64,000 bases of DNA. It comes from Patescibacteria group bacterium. Its GTDB lineage: Bacteria; Patescibacteriota; Minisyncoccia; JAHISW01; Tagabacteraceae. The notes under the pieces are model-generated. The model had not been told where the DNA came from, did not search any database, and saw nothing but the letters and a program-made list of their open reading frames with translations. The position numbers and the translations under genes were made by a program. Shown one piece after another: positions 25,872-36,107 of this stretch (within the stretch, counting starts at the first letter, position 1; each line of letters opens with the position of its first letter). The stretch is taken from positions 15,173-79,172 of the forward strand of contig JBHPEK010000001.1 of the NCBI GenBank assembly GCA_042577045.1, given 5' to 3'.

Positions 25872-26276
25872 TCAACGACTACAATATTCAACTAAATCAG
25901 AACTATCAGAACCAGTTTCGCATATGTTGTTTTCTTGAGAAACAATGCTCACATTCCATTCATTATCTTTTTTTGTTAGTAGATAATTAAAACCACCAAT
26001 TTTTACAACACTATGTTTGTCATCAAGATCAACAACAAAATAAGATGTTACTGGCAAGCATTCTGATATATTATATTTTTCACAGTACACACTAATTTTC
26101 TGAATAATTTTTGTGATTTCATTAGATTGTTCCACAGATTGCAGGCTTGATTTTTGCCATACGTAAACTCCACCGCCAACAACTACGGCAGTTACTATTA
26201 CAGCGATGATTGTTATCCAAATATGCTTCGAGCTTTGGACAGGCCCATTTGATTGAGGAATGTTTTGTTCGTTCAT
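25872..26276 (-). CDS. membrane-anchored hypothetical protein
   Basis: Single N-terminal TM helix (IWITIIAVIVTAVVVGGGVYVW), four Cys in the ectodomain. Confidence 0.5.
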   Translation of the reverse strand: MNEQNIPQSNGPVQSSKHIWITIIAVIVTAVVVGGGVYVWQKSSLQSVEQSNEITKIIQKISVYCEKYNISECLPVTSYFVVDLDDKHSVVKIGGFNYLLTKKDNEWNVSIVSQENNICETGSDSSDLVEYCSR

Positions 26277-26461
26277 ATGTATTTAGATTAAATTATTTCC
26301 TTACCAAGATAATATCACAAACCATAGTCGACCTTAAACAAATTGCCAAAAAAATCTTAAAAAAATAATAAAGAAATTTCTGGCTATTTCATATAGTTCG
26401 TTATTATACATACTATTACTTATACTGTATCACTTTGTAATTGGTGATACAATGTAATACA

Positions 26462-28498
26462 ATGTCAACCATGAAATATCACATCATCACATACGGCTGT
26501 GGAGCCAATCATGCCGATTCAGAAAGGATCGAAGCGAAGCTTCACGCACTTGGACACACAAAAGCCGCCAACAAGAAGGTGGCTAATTTGATAGTGATTA
26601 ATTCTTGCTCGGTGCGCAAGTCAGCTATGGATCGTCTTTATGCACAAATAAACAAACTAAAAACCAAGAAAAAGAAAGTAATTTTGGCAGGATGCATCTT
26701 AGAAAAAGACCTAAAAAATTTGAAAGACAAGGTAAGTGAAGTTTGGCACCCAGATGAGTACTTCGACTTAATGCCAATTTATGCAGATGAAGTTGGTGTG
26801 TCTGTCCCCATTATGACGGGGTGCAACAACTTTTGCACATATTGTGCTGTTCCTTACACCCGTGGACGAGAAAAATCTCGCCCAGCAAAAGATATTGTCG
26901 ATGAAATAAAGAAACTTGTGGCAAGCCCCGCCGGGCGGGATAAAAAAGAAATTTGGCTATTGGGTCAAAACGTAAACAGTTACCGATCTGGTAAAACAAA
27001 CTTTCCAAAACTTTTACAGAAAATAGATAAAATACCCGGCAAGTTTTGGGTTCGTTTTATTTCCCCACACCCAAAAGACTTCTCGATTGAATTAATAAAA
27101 ACAATTAAAAAATGTGAAAAAATTACTGAATACATAAACGTGCCTGTTCAGTCTGGAGACAATGAAATACTAAAAAGAATGAATAGAAACTACACGCGCG
27201 AACACTATATAAAACTTGTAAACAGAATTAGAAAAGAAATACCAGACGCATCTATATCCACAGATACCATTGTTGGCTTCCCTGGGGAAACAAAAAAACA
27301 ATTCTTGAATACTAAAGATTTATACAAAAAATTAAAATTTGATATGGCATTTCTAGCTGAATACTCTCCTCGTCCGGGGACTTTTTCAGCAATGATGATG
27401 AAAGACAACGTAAGCCATACCGAAAAAGAAAAACGAAAAAAAGAACTAAATGACATTTTAACCAAAACTGCACTAGAGAATAATAAAAAATATATTGGAA
27501 AAACAGTAGAAGTTTTAAATGGACGAACTCGCACCAATAAGCTGGTTACCCTACACGATACCGAGTATCGTGTAGGGCCAAGTGAATTCTTGAATGTAAA
27601 AATTACAGGAGCTGAATCTTGGAGACTAAAAGGGGAAATTGTTAAAAAAATAGTAGTTGTGCTTGGGCCTACTGCTTCTGGAAAAAGTGGTTTAGCTGTT
27701 GAGATAGCTCAAAAATTCCCTTCTGAGATTATCTCTGCAGATTCTAGACAAATTTACAAAGGAATGAATATCGGTAGTGGAAAAATAACAAAAAAGGAAA
27801 TGAAAGGAATAAAACATCATCTTCTTAACATAGTTAGCCCAAGAAAAATATATTCGGCAGGAGAATTCAAAAAAGAAGCTCAAAAATGTATCGAAGGAAT
27901 ATTGAAACAAGACAAAACGCCTATCATTTGTGGTGGAACAGGTTTTTATATCAACTCGCTTTTGGGTGGAAACATTGCCGAAGTAGAACCAGATTGGAAC
28001 TTGAGAAAAAAACTTGAGGAAAAAACTACAAAACAACTTTTTGGCCAACTGAAAAAACTAAAACCCCAAAGAGCAAAAAATATTGATTCCCAAAACAAAC
28101 GCCGACTAATACGGGCTATTGAAATAGCCAAATCTGCATCGAAGTCGGACTTCGACGCAATATCGAAGTCCGACTTCGATGTGTTGTATTTAGGAATTAA
28201 AAAAGACGGAGAAAAGCTAAAAAAAATAATTGATAAGAGGGTGGACGAAATGATTGAAGAAGGATTAGAAAAGGAAGTAAAAAAACTTGTTAAAAAATAT
28301 GGGTGGACGAAGACTTTAAAAAATACAATTGGATACCAAGAATGGAAAGAAGACAATTCAGAAGAAAAGATAAAGGCCCATTCACACCAATACGCAAAAA
28401 GACAAATAACTTGGTTTAAGAAATATGCACCGAAAACACACTGGCTTGGCAACAAAAAAGAAGCATTAAAATTAGTAAGAAACTTTTTAAAGAATTAA
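26462..28498 (+). CDS. miaB-miaA: fused MiaB (radical SAM methylthiotransferase) - MiaA (tRNA dimethylallyltransferase)
   Basis: UPF0004 N-domain, CNNFCTYC radical SAM cluster and TRAM domain, followed by a P-loop GPTASGKS and ADSRQIYKGMNIGS. Start is at 26462 or 26471. Confidence 0.85.
   Translation: MSTMKYHIITYGCGANHADSERIEAKLHALGHTKAANKKVANLIVINSCSVRKSAMDRLYAQINKLKTKKKKVILAGCILEKDLKNLKDKVSEVWHPDEYFDLMPIYADEVGVSVPIMTGCNNFCTYCAVPYTRGREKSRPAKDIVDEIKKLVASPAGRDKKEIWLLGQNVNSYRSGKTNFPKLLQKIDKIPGKFWVRFISPHPKDFSIELIKTIKKCEKITEYINVPVQSGDNEILKRMNRNYTREHYIKLVNRIRKEIPDASISTDTIVGFPGETKKQFLNTKDLYKKLKFDMAFLAEYSPRPGTFSAMMMKDNVSHTEKEKRKKELNDILTKTALENNKKYIGKTVEVLNGRTRTNKLVTLHDTEYRVGPSEFLNVKITGAESWRLKGEIVKKIVVVLGPTASGKSGLAVEIAQKFPSEIISADSRQIYKGMNIGSGKITKKEMKGIKHHLLNIVSPRKIYSAGEFKKEAQKCIEGILKQDKTPIICGGTGFYINSLLGGNIAEVEPDWNLRKKLEEKTTKQLFGQLKKLKPQRAKNIDSQNKRRLIRAIEIAKSASKSDFDAISKSDFDVLYLGIKKDGEKLKKIIDKRVDEMIEEGLEKEVKKLVKKYGWTKTLKNTIGYQEWKEDNSEEKIKAHSHQYAKRQITWFKKYAPKTHWLGNKKEALKLVRNFLKN
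28136..28158. repeat. TCSGA-centred element, class D, inside the miaA part (in frame)
   Basis: gcatcgaagtc-g-gacttcgacgc. Confidence 0.8.
28160..28182. repeat. TCSGA-centred element, class D, inverted partner, in frame
   Basis: atatcgaagtc-c-gacttcgatgt; with 28136-28158 it encodes SKSDFDAISKSDFD. Confidence 0.8.
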
Positions 28499-28502
28499 TT
28501 TT

Positions 28503-29627
28503 TTATTGAGAGATTGAGTTGGCCAGCTGATAAGCTTTTATCTTTGTGTCTTTGGCTTCATTGTAATATCCATTAAATTCTTCTTCCCCCATAAAAGCCA
28601 CTGCCTTCTTAAAACTCTTAATGGCATCATTGAATAAATCTGCTGACCGAATAATACTATCTACTGTGCCCGAAAAACCAGATGGTGTTCTTTTGGCTCT
28701 TAAGTCTTCTGTATTACTTTTTGCTTCATCAAACAAAACCTTAGCTTGACCCAAATAAAGAGATGGGGTCAATTCATTTTCTTCATCTATTTCAGAAATA
28801 GTATCATTGAGATATCCATTTCCTCTTTTTAACATCTCAACATAAACATCCACTTCGTTGTAAAACTTATCCAGCCTTTCTTTATCGGCAACAATGGCAA
28901 GCTCTTTTGCTTTCTGTTGTTCCAACTCAAGTTGAGATTGCGTGTTGGCAATGCTGTTTTGTGTTTGGTACAACTCTTGTTTCGTTGATTTAAGTTGGTC
29001 TTCGGTATTTTGCTTCTGGGAAGCAGTTTGTTGGAGTTGAGATTCAGCCTGCTGACGAGCAGATTTTTCTTCAACAATAGATTTGCGTAAATCTGTAATT
29101 TCACCTGCCGTTTCAGACTCAGACTGATTGACAAGATCTAAGGCACCCTGATAAAGCTTTTGTGCTTCTTTATAAAATTTAAACTCTGAATTATTTATAG
29201 CTTCACTATCTTTCAGTAAAACTGCGACATCAAACCACTCTTCGTTTTCTGATGCGGTTTTTGCCTTAAAATAGTTCTCTTCAGCAATCAAAAGTTTTTT
29301 TGTCTTTTCAACCTGAAAACTAATATTAGAATCTTCGGGTTCTCTTTCCTTCATCTTGTCATACAAAACTAAGGCTGCAGAATAATTACCATTTTCAAAT
29401 TCAAAAGAGGCATTTTTTACTAACTTATTGAAACTGGCTTTTTGAAACACGCCATAAGCACCAACAGCACTAGCTGAAAAAAGAAACAAAACAACTGCTG
29501 AAACAATTATTGTTTTCTTTTTTCCTTTTTGAGGCTTGTCTTGGGATTTGGGAATTTTCGGCTCTTCATGAAAAATAGGCTTGTCTACCTTAGGTGGTTC
29601 TGGTTTTTTAAAAATTATTCCATCCAT
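28503..29627 (-). CDS. membrane-anchored coiled-coil hypothetical protein
   Basis: TM helix near residue 40, Q/E-rich coiled coil. Confidence 0.55.
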   Translation of the reverse strand: MDGIIFKKPEPPKVDKPIFHEEPKIPKSQDKPQKGKKKTIIVSAVVLFLFSASAVGAYGVFQKASFNKLVKNASFEFENGNYSAALVLYDKMKEREPEDSNISFQVEKTKKLLIAEENYFKAKTASENEEWFDVAVLLKDSEAINNSEFKFYKEAQKLYQGALDLVNQSESETAGEITDLRKSIVEEKSARQQAESQLQQTASQKQNTEDQLKSTKQELYQTQNSIANTQSQLELEQQKAKELAIVADKERLDKFYNEVDVYVEMLKRGNGYLNDTISEIDEENELTPSLYLGQAKVLFDEAKSNTEDLRAKRTPSGFSGTVDSIIRSADLFNDAIKSFKKAVAFMGEEEFNGYYNEAKDTKIKAYQLANSISQ

Positions 29628-29690
29628 TACTTTTTATTATACCCCTTCAACATTATTTAGGGCAAGTAAAAAAATAACCCACTTAGTGGG

Positions 29691-30131
29691 TTATTTTAAG
29701 ATTAAGCGATAATATCCATATCGTTTCCTAAATCCTGCCTTTTCATACATTGCTCTAGCGGGTATCCTGCCTGACTCACTTATTAAATCTATGCAGTAAG
29801 CCTTTCTTCTCTTGGCCTCATCTATCAATGCTTGGACTATTCTTTTTCCTAGACCTTTTCCTCGATGGTTTTCATCGACAACTACGTCTTCAATAACTCC
29901 AGTCTTTCGGATAAGGGTTTCTTTGAAATAAATACTACCCATACCAACAATGTGCTTTTTATGAAAAACAACGCATATTTCCACATCTTGTTGTCTTAAC
30001 TTGCGGTGCAAGTCCTGTGGCCAAAGTTTTTTGGCGCTTTTGCTTAATTGTTTAAGCAAGCTGTTTATGTCTGCCAAACTGTTTTCTGGTATTGAAGATT
30101 TAAAAGATTTAGTGATTATCTCCGTTTTCAT
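29691..30131 (-). CDS. GNAT-family N-acetyltransferase
   Basis: Acetyl-CoA motif VVVDENHRGKGLGKRIVQALI. Confidence 0.8.
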   Translation of the reverse strand: MKTEIITKSFKSSIPENSLADINSLLKQLSKSAKKLWPQDLHRKLRQQDVEICVVFHKKHIVGMGSIYFKETLIRKTGVIEDVVVDENHRGKGLGKRIVQALIDEAKRRKAYCIDLISESGRIPARAMYEKAGFRKRYGYYRLILK

Positions 30132-30291
30132 AAAGAACCTCCCCTTTTTCTTATTCTGTGCGAATTATATATAATATTGCAAAAAAGTCAATCAAAAATA
30201 TACTCTATAAAACAAATGTCCTAAATCTGTGTTGTAAGAACCGAGTCCCTAAATATTGCCTTTTTTGCTATAATAATATATATTAATTTAC

Positions 30292-30453
30292 ATGTCCCAA
30301 GATAAACTAATCAAAATGCTTTGCGGTGATTGTAAGAGAATCAATTACTGGACAAGAAAAAATAAGAAAAAAGTTGAGCGGAAAATAGAACTCAAGAAAT
30401 TTTGTAAATGGTGCAAGAAGCGCACTATCCACAAGGAAGGAAAGAAGAAATAA
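30292..30453 (+). CDS. rpmG: 50S ribosomal protein L33 (53 aa; below the ORF-track cutoff)
   Basis: MSQDKLIKMLCGDCKRINYWTRKNKKKVERKIELKKFCKWCKKRTIHKEGKKK; rpmG followed by tRNA-Trp synteny. Confidence 0.85.
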   Translation: MSQDKLIKMLCGDCKRINYWTRKNKKKVERKIELKKFCKWCKKRTIHKEGKKK

Positions 30454-30477
30454 AACACCGCTCAAAGAGGCGGTGTT
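30454..30477 (+). terminator. rpmG terminator
   Basis: aacaccgc...gcggtgtt plus T residues. Confidence 0.65.
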
Positions 30478-30517
30478 TTATTAAACATAGAAAAATAATA
30501 TAATATAAAGAGCAATT

Positions 30518-30588
30518 GCGGGATTAGTTAAGTGGTATAATAATGGTCTCCAAAACCATGGTCGGGGGTTCGATTCCCTCATCCCGTG
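30518..30588 (+). tRNA. tRNA-Trp (CCA)
   Basis: Hand-folded cloverleaf; anticodon loop CTCCAAA; GGTTCGATTCC T-arm. Confidence 0.9.
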
Positions 30589-30642
30589 CACGAAACTTGA
30601 CTACTAAATGGTTAAGGGTCTATGATTTAACAATACAAAAAC

Positions 30643-30727
30643 GCATGGGTGGCAGAGTGGTTAAATGCAACAGTCTGTAAAACTGTCGTCCTAACGGGCT
30701 ACGGGGGTTCGAATCCCTCCCCATGCA
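30643..30727 (+). tRNA. tRNA-Tyr (GTA)
   Basis: Anticodon loop CTGTAAA, long variable arm, GGTTCGAATCC T-arm; TTGACT-18-TATGAT promoter upstream. Confidence 0.9.
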
Positions 30728-30734
30728 CACAAAA

Positions 30735-33401
30735 TTATTTAGCTATTGTTTTAGCAGGTTTTTTGGCTGGTGCTCTCTTCTTTTTGGGTATTCCGTCAAT
30801 AATTAATTCTCCCTTCTGTACCTTTACGGTAACTGCATCACCACTAGAGATTTTACCAGAAATAATAAGTTCGGCAACAACATTAAGAATTTTATTTTGA
30901 ATAAGACGTTTTAATGGTCTTGCCCCATATTGAATACTAAAACCTTTCTGTGCTAGATAGGTCAATGCCTCAGCAGAAACCTTTAGCTTTACCCCCCTAT
31001 CGTGCATTCTTTCTTCAATTTCTTTAATTTGAATTTTAACAATATCTTTCAAGTTATCTTCAGTTAACCGATTGAAAACAATTACCTCGTCTAATCTGTT
31101 CAAAAACTCGGGTCTAAACTTGGCCTCTAGGGATTTATAAATTTTTTCCTTCAAGTTTTGTTCTTTATTTGTTTGCTCTGGTCCTGTTGAAAAACCAATT
31201 TTAGAAATTTTCTTGGCAAATTCTGAACCAACATTTGAAGTCATAATAAGAATTGTGTTCTTGAAATTCACATGCCTACCTTTTGAATCCGTTAAACGTC
31301 CGTTGTCTAACACTTGAAGCATAATGTTGAAAACTTCTGGATGTGCTTTCTCTATCTCGTCAAAAAGAACAACGGAATAAGGTCTGTGCCTAATAATCTC
31401 CGTCAACTGCCCTCCTTCATCGTGGCCAACATATCCGGGAGGAGAACCAATAAGTTTAGAAATAGCGTGTTTCTCCATATATTCAGACATATCTACTCGA
31501 ACAAGCGATTTTTCATCATTAAACATTAAATTGGCCAGAACACGCGCCAATTCTGTTTTCCCAACACCGGTTGGACCCAAAAACATAAATGAACCAATTG
31601 GACGTTCCATATCAGAAATACCAGCGCGAGAACGCCTAATGGCCTGAGCTATCTTTGTAATCGCCACATCTTGACCAACAATATGTTTTTTTAGCGATGT
31701 TTCTACCTGAAGGAGTTTTTGAGCTTCTGTTTCCAACATCTTGCTAACCGGAACCCCTGTCCAACGGGAAACAACATCGGCAATTTCTTCTTCGGTAATT
31801 TCTTCTTTCAGAACTCTTCTTAAAATTTGTAACTTTTTAAGACGATTTTCTTTTTTACGTAATTCACCTTCAGTCTGAGGAATGTTTGCATAACGAATTT
31901 CGGCAACCCTGGTAAGATTACCCCTTCTTTCTTCATTGTCGGCCTCGAGACGCATCACTTCTAAATTACTCTTCAATTGTCTAATGTCTGTGATGGTTTC
32001 TTTTTCGTTTTTCCATTTCAATTCTAGGGCCGAAATTTGTTCTTTTAAGTCGTCAATTTGCTTGTCTATCTTTTTTATTTTTGTTTTAGATTTTATGTCA
32101 GATTTTAGCGACTCTTTTTCAATTTCAAGATTCCTAATCTCTTTATGCACTTTTTCTAACTCCTTGGGCATGCTGTCGAGATCAAGTCTAAGAGCTGAAG
32201 CAGATTCGTCGATAAGATCAATCGCTTTGTCTGGCAAAAATCTATCCGTGATATATCTACTTGAAAGATGTACCGCCGATTTAATTGCAGTATCTGTAAT
32301 CCGCACTCCGTGGTGCAATTCATATTTTTCTTTAATTCCTCTTAAGATGGCGATTGTATCATCTTGAGACGGCTCCTCAACAAATATTGGCTGAAAACGC
32401 CTAGTAAGCGCTCCGTCTTTTTCGATATGTTTTTGATATTCCTTAAGAGTGGTAGCACCCACCGCACGAAGCTCTCCTCTGGCTAATGCTGGTTTTAAAA
32501 GATTGGAGGCGTCAATAGCTCCTTCAGCACCACCGGCGCCAACTAACGTATGAAGCTCATCGATAAAAAGAACCACCCTTCCTTTGGCCCGCTCTATCTC
32601 CCGCATAACAGTTTTCAATCTTTCTTCAAACTCTCCACGATATTTAGTACCAGCAACCAAGGAGCCAATATCAAGCGCAATAACCTCTTTTTCTTTTAGA
32701 GACTCTGGCACATTGCCTTGAGCAATTCTTTGACTCAAGCCTTCAACAACAGCTGTTTTTCCAACACCTGCTTCGCCAATTAAAACCGGATTGTTTTTGG
32801 TGCGCCTAGATAAAATCTGCATAATACGCCTGATCTCGTCATCTCGCCCAATAATTGGATCTAATTTATCTTCGCGCGCCATTTTAGTAAGGTTTCTAGA
32901 ATATTTTTCCAAAACCTTCAATCCACTTTTTTCAGTAACATCGTGAACTTGTTCACTACCGCCCAGATTCTTTAAAATATCTAAAACTTTTTCTTTGTCA
33001 ACTCTGAGCTTGTTTAAAACTTCTTTTGCTCGAGAAGAAACTTCGCAAAGACCAAGCAAAAGGTGTTCGGTGGAAATATAGTTGTTTCCAATTGACTTGG
33101 AAGCGTTAAACGATGCCTCTACAACGCGACCCAGGTCTGGAGTTAAGTAAACTTGTTGAGTCGACATAACGACGTTTGGATTGCCAATATCTTCAAGTTC
33201 TTCCAAAACCGAATCGGTTAAAAAATTTATATCAACTTCTAATTTATCAAAAATAGACAAAACGACGCCATCGTCCTGCAAAATAAGCGCAGCTAAAAGA
33301 TGGAGTGTGTCTATTTGGCTTTGCCCTCGTTCCATGGCTAGCTCATGTGCTTTGCGAATGGCTTCTTGAGCCTTTTGTGTAAAATTTGAAAATGGTAACA
33401 T
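30735..33401 (-). CDS. clpB: ClpB disaggregase
   Basis: Clp N-domain, two AAA+ modules ([16 protein letters not shown]), long middle coiled coil. Confidence 0.95.
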   Translation of the reverse strand: MLPFSNFTQKAQEAIRKAHELAMERGQSQIDTLHLLAALILQDDGVVLSIFDKLEVDINFLTDSVLEELEDIGNPNVVMSTQQVYLTPDLGRVVEASFNASKSIGNNYISTEHLLLGLCEVSSRAKEVLNKLRVDKEKVLDILKNLGGSEQVHDVTEKSGLKVLEKYSRNLTKMAREDKLDPIIGRDDEIRRIMQILSRRTKNNPVLIGEAGVGKTAVVEGLSQRIAQGNVPESLKEKEVIALDIGSLVAGTKYRGEFEERLKTVMREIERAKGRVVLFIDELHTLVGAGGAEGAIDASNLLKPALARGELRAVGATTLKEYQKHIEKDGALTRRFQPIFVEEPSQDDTIAILRGIKEKYELHHGVRITDTAIKSAVHLSSRYITDRFLPDKAIDLIDESASALRLDLDSMPKELEKVHKEIRNLEIEKESLKSDIKSKTKIKKIDKQIDDLKEQISALELKWKNEKETITDIRQLKSNLEVMRLEADNEERRGNLTRVAEIRYANIPQTEGELRKKENRLKKLQILRRVLKEEITEEEIADVVSRWTGVPVSKMLETEAQKLLQVETSLKKHIVGQDVAITKIAQAIRRSRAGISDMERPIGSFMFLGPTGVGKTELARVLANLMFNDEKSLVRVDMSEYMEKHAISKLIGSPPGYVGHDEGGQLTEIIRHRPYSVVLFDEIEKAHPEVFNIMLQVLDNGRLTDSKGRHVNFKNTILIMTSNVGSEFAKKISKIGFSTGPEQTNKEQNLKEKIYKSLEAKFRPEFLNRLDEVIVFNRLTEDNLKDIVKIQIKEIEERMHDRGVKLKVSAEALTYLAQKGFSIQYGARPLKRLIQNKILNVVAELIISGKISSGDAVTVKVQKGELIIDGIPKKKRAPAKKPAKTIAK

Positions 33402-33410
33402 AGATATATT

Positions 33411-34697
33411 TTACAAGTTTTCTGGCTTTTCGTCAAGGGAAGTAATTATTGTCTGCTCTTGTCTATCCCTCAAGAATTTAATAGAAATTTCACGCCCCAC
33501 ACGTACGTTGGCAATAATCTCTGCTAAGATGTTACTTTTATCTACTCTTTGACCATTAAATTCTAAAATAATATCTCCTTCTTGAAAACCCGCTTTATCT
33601 GCTGGGCTGTCTTTTATTACTGCTGGTTCGCCATTAGGGCCTTTGATTAGAACTACGCCATAGTTTATGTCAGCTTCTATACCTAATTCTTTCTTTACGC
33701 TATCTGTGATTAGGGTGTAACGAACACCAAAATAAGCCTCTCTAATTTCTCCAAATTCTTTTAGGTCACTAATATTTTTCTTAGCGATATTTATAGGTAA
33801 AGCAAATCCCACATTTTCAGCTCCTTGGGCAACTGCCGTATTTATGCCAATCACCTTACCTTCCAAATCTAAAAGTGGCCCGCCAGAATTTCCTGGATTT
33901 ACAGCAGCATCAGTTTGAATAATTCTTTGTAGTTTTTCTGAACCAAAAGACCCAGTGGCCACAACTGTTCTGTCTATCCCCGAAACAATGCCAATAGAAA
34001 CTGTGTTTTGGAATTCTCCCAAAGTGTTGCCAATAGCAATTACCGTCTGCCCTACTTTAATTTTATCTGAATTGGCAAAAGGAATATGGTTAAACTTCTC
34101 ACCTTCCTCGGGCTTAATTTTTAAAACAGCCAGATCTTGAAATGGATCTAGGGCCATTACTATGGCTGGTAAACTTCTACCGTCGTTCATAACAATGGTG
34201 TATTCCGCCTTTTGATCTGCAACAACATGTTTATTTGTTAGAAGGTATCCGTCTTCAGAAACAAAGAAACCAGTACCGCTAGAAATTTCTACTCTTTCGG
34301 TTCCTTTTTGGCGGTATTGAGGCACCTGCATTTCAGGCAAGAAACCTGGTGGAAATATGTTATTAAAGAATTCATCTTCTTGAAACGGGTTTATGAAATA
34401 TTGTTCAATTACTGGAATATCTTTTGATGCCACCACACTAACTACTGCCGAAGTATAATTTTCTACAATATTAACTATCAAATCTTCTTGGGTAACGATA
34501 ACCACGTCCGCAGTTGTTTTTCCAGAGTCCAAAGAAACCGTTTCAATCGTTTTTTCAATAACTCGGCTAACTGTTTGCGTAATAGGAGCAGGCGCTTGGG
34601 TAACCAAAGTAGCCGTAACAATACCCGTAAAAACAGATGTTACAAAACTGACCAAAAGAACCAGAAGAATAAATTGTGAGCGCGTTAACTGTTCCAC
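33411..34697 (-). CDS. htrA: HtrA/DegP-family serine protease with PDZ domain
   Basis: TNKHV, DLAVLK, GNSGGPL triad context; C-terminal PDZ; GTG start. Confidence 0.9.
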   Translation of the reverse strand: MEQLTRSQFILLVLLVSFVTSVFTGIVTATLVTQAPAPITQTVSRVIEKTIETVSLDSGKTTADVVIVTQEDLIVNIVENYTSAVVSVVASKDIPVIEQYFINPFQEDEFFNNIFPPGFLPEMQVPQYRQKGTERVEISSGTGFFVSEDGYLLTNKHVVADQKAEYTIVMNDGRSLPAIVMALDPFQDLAVLKIKPEEGEKFNHIPFANSDKIKVGQTVIAIGNTLGEFQNTVSIGIVSGIDRTVVATGSFGSEKLQRIIQTDAAVNPGNSGGPLLDLEGKVIGINTAVAQGAENVGFALPINIAKKNISDLKEFGEIREAYFGVRYTLITDSVKKELGIEADINYGVVLIKGPNGEPAVIKDSPADKAGFQEGDIILEFNGQRVDKSNILAEIIANVRVGREISIKFLRDRQEQTIITSLDEKPENL

Positions 34698-34786
34698 TTG
34701 ACTTTTTATATAATTATGTTAGTATAAACATAGACTATCATTCTCTTTTACAAAATTATATCACAAAAAAAGTTGGAGGTGAAGAA

Positions 34787-35305
34787 ATGAAAACAGGAAA
34801 CGGAATGGTAAGTGGGGTTTGCATTGGGTTTGAGGACAAGAATAATCCAACGATTATTCTTGTCAAAAATGCTGATGGCAAAAAACCGGAAAAATATGGT
34901 TTACCAGGCGGTATAATTGAAAATAACGATAGAAGTGTAACAAGAGCCCTCTATCGCGAATGGGAAGAAGAAGTTGAAAAACCAGATCCAATCTTCGGAT
35001 TAATCTTTCTTACAGAATGTGGATGCGAAATAATTCGGAACGAAGGAACAGAAAGAGAGCATGAGTGGTATTTATTTGCAATTGAAGATCAATTGCAAAC
35101 CTTGCGAAACCACGGAATGCCCGGAGAAACTGAGGCGCCAGAAAGAATTTTTCTTCACAATGTCATCTACCTAGAAGATTTTCCAATCTTCTATTCACAC
35201 CTTAAAGGCATACTTGCTGTTCTAGAAAAAATGGCAGCATGTGCGCCACACGTGCCTGAGTTATCTTTCCTCGCAAGAGACTTGCGAGGAAAGATTGAAA
35301 GATGA
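34787..35305 (+). CDS. NUDIX hydrolase
   Basis: Nudix box GLPGGIIENNDRSVTRALYREWEEEV; GGAGGT RBS. Confidence 0.7.
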   Translation: MKTGNGMVSGVCIGFEDKNNPTIILVKNADGKKPEKYGLPGGIIENNDRSVTRALYREWEEEVEKPDPIFGLIFLTECGCEIIRNEGTEREHEWYLFAIEDQLQTLRNHGMPGETEAPERIFLHNVIYLEDFPIFYSHLKGILAVLEKMAACAPHVPELSFLARDLRGKIER

Positions 35306-35320
35306 AAAAGCAAAATCAAA

Positions 35321-35348
35321 AGGACCGGAGTTTATCCCGGTCTTTTTT
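35321..35348 (+). terminator. terminator of the NUDIX gene
   Basis: aggaccgg...ccggtct plus TTTTTT. Confidence 0.7.
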
Positions 35349-35372
35349 GTTTGTTTTATTGGCCAATTCTTC

Positions 35373-35421
35373 ATCTGTGTACTGAGAGAGATGTTGTCTC
35401 TCTCAGGAGCTTCCAACAGAT
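35373..35421. repeat. composite palindrome: class B outer arms with nested CTGAGAGAGA inner arms
   Basis: atctgtgtactgagagagatgttgtctctctcaggagcttccaacagat; 6 nt downstream of the RAYT-2 stop. Confidence 0.8.
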
Positions 35422-35427
35422 ACCAAA

Positions 35428-36081
35428 TTATTCTATTATGAACTCTTTTATGTCTTCGAACCTGCTCTTACTTTTGGTTTTGCAGCTTTTTAGAAATTCT
35501 TCATATTCGTCGTAATTTTTTAAAGGAGTCCATTTGTATTCTTCAAGAAATTTTTTTGCCTTACGCCAATCTTTTAAGCCCTCCTCTTTCCACCTAGGCT
35601 CAAAAAGATCTAGCGGGTTTAGATAAATATATTGTTTTAAATAATTTAAATATTCATCTTTATCTATTAGAACTGCCTTGAACTTTCCCTGAAACAAAAC
35701 TCCACTTCTCTCATATTTTTGATTAAAATAATTAGTGTAGCCAGTTCCCAGTTTTTGCATAAAACTGGAAATTCCGCCATCTTCCAATTGTTCAAGAATT
35801 AAATGAAAATGATTAGGCATTAAACAAGAGCCATAAAATTTAACTACGGACTCTCTGTCCTCTTTTTTTACTATGTGGGAAGTCGGACTTCCCACAGATA
35901 CCGCTCCTTCGCTAACACTTATACGACGAAACAGATTAATAGAAGAGTTCTTATCATTAAAATCTCTTAAGCTAAAAAGGAAGCGATGGTAGTCTTTGTC
36001 GTCCATAAAAACCTTACGTTTGTCTGTCCCACGGTTAAAAACGTGATAAAAATGGTTATTTGCAAATTGAGGTTTTTTCAT
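35428..36081 (-). CDS. HUH/Y1 tyrosine transposase, IS200/RAYT-like, copy 2
   Basis: MPNHFHLIL (HUH), QYIYLNP (Tyr). Start is at 36081 (MKKPQF...) or 36108. Confidence 0.8.
   Translation of the reverse strand: MKKPQFANNHFYHVFNRGTDKRKVFMDDKDYHRFLFSLRDFNDKNSSINLFRRISVSEGAVSVGSPTSHIVKKEDRESVVKFYGSCLMPNHFHLILEQLEDGGISSFMQKLGTGYTNYFNQKYERSGVLFQGKFKAVLIDKDEYLNYLKQYIYLNPLDLFEPRWKEEGLKDWRKAKKFLEEYKWTPLKNYDEYEEFLKSCKTKSKSRFEDIKEFIIE
35874..35896. repeat. class B element inside the RAYT-2 CDS (in frame, encodes VGSPTSH)
   Basis: tgtgggaagtc-g-gacttcccaca followed by gatacc. Confidence 0.85.
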
Positions 36082-36107
36082 TACTTTTATTATATATACA
36101 TATTTCA

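Noticed and set aside
25816-26386. 17-nt inverted repeats (taaccagaaatttcttt and aaagaaatttctggcta) flanking CDS 25872-26276, considered as an invertible or mobile cassette
   Set aside because: The core AGAAATTTCT is itself a palindrome of A/T-rich sequence, so only about 7 extra matching positions support the inverted repeat. No recombinase is nearby.
27946-28455. Long antisense or overlapping ORFs from the six-frame track (for example 27946-28455, 14490-14960, 1422-1955, 31936-32367, 47988-48557, 53325-53768)
   Set aside because: They lie entirely within well-supported genes on the opposite strand or in another frame. They have low-complexity translations and no RBS, as expected by chance in AT-rich DNA.
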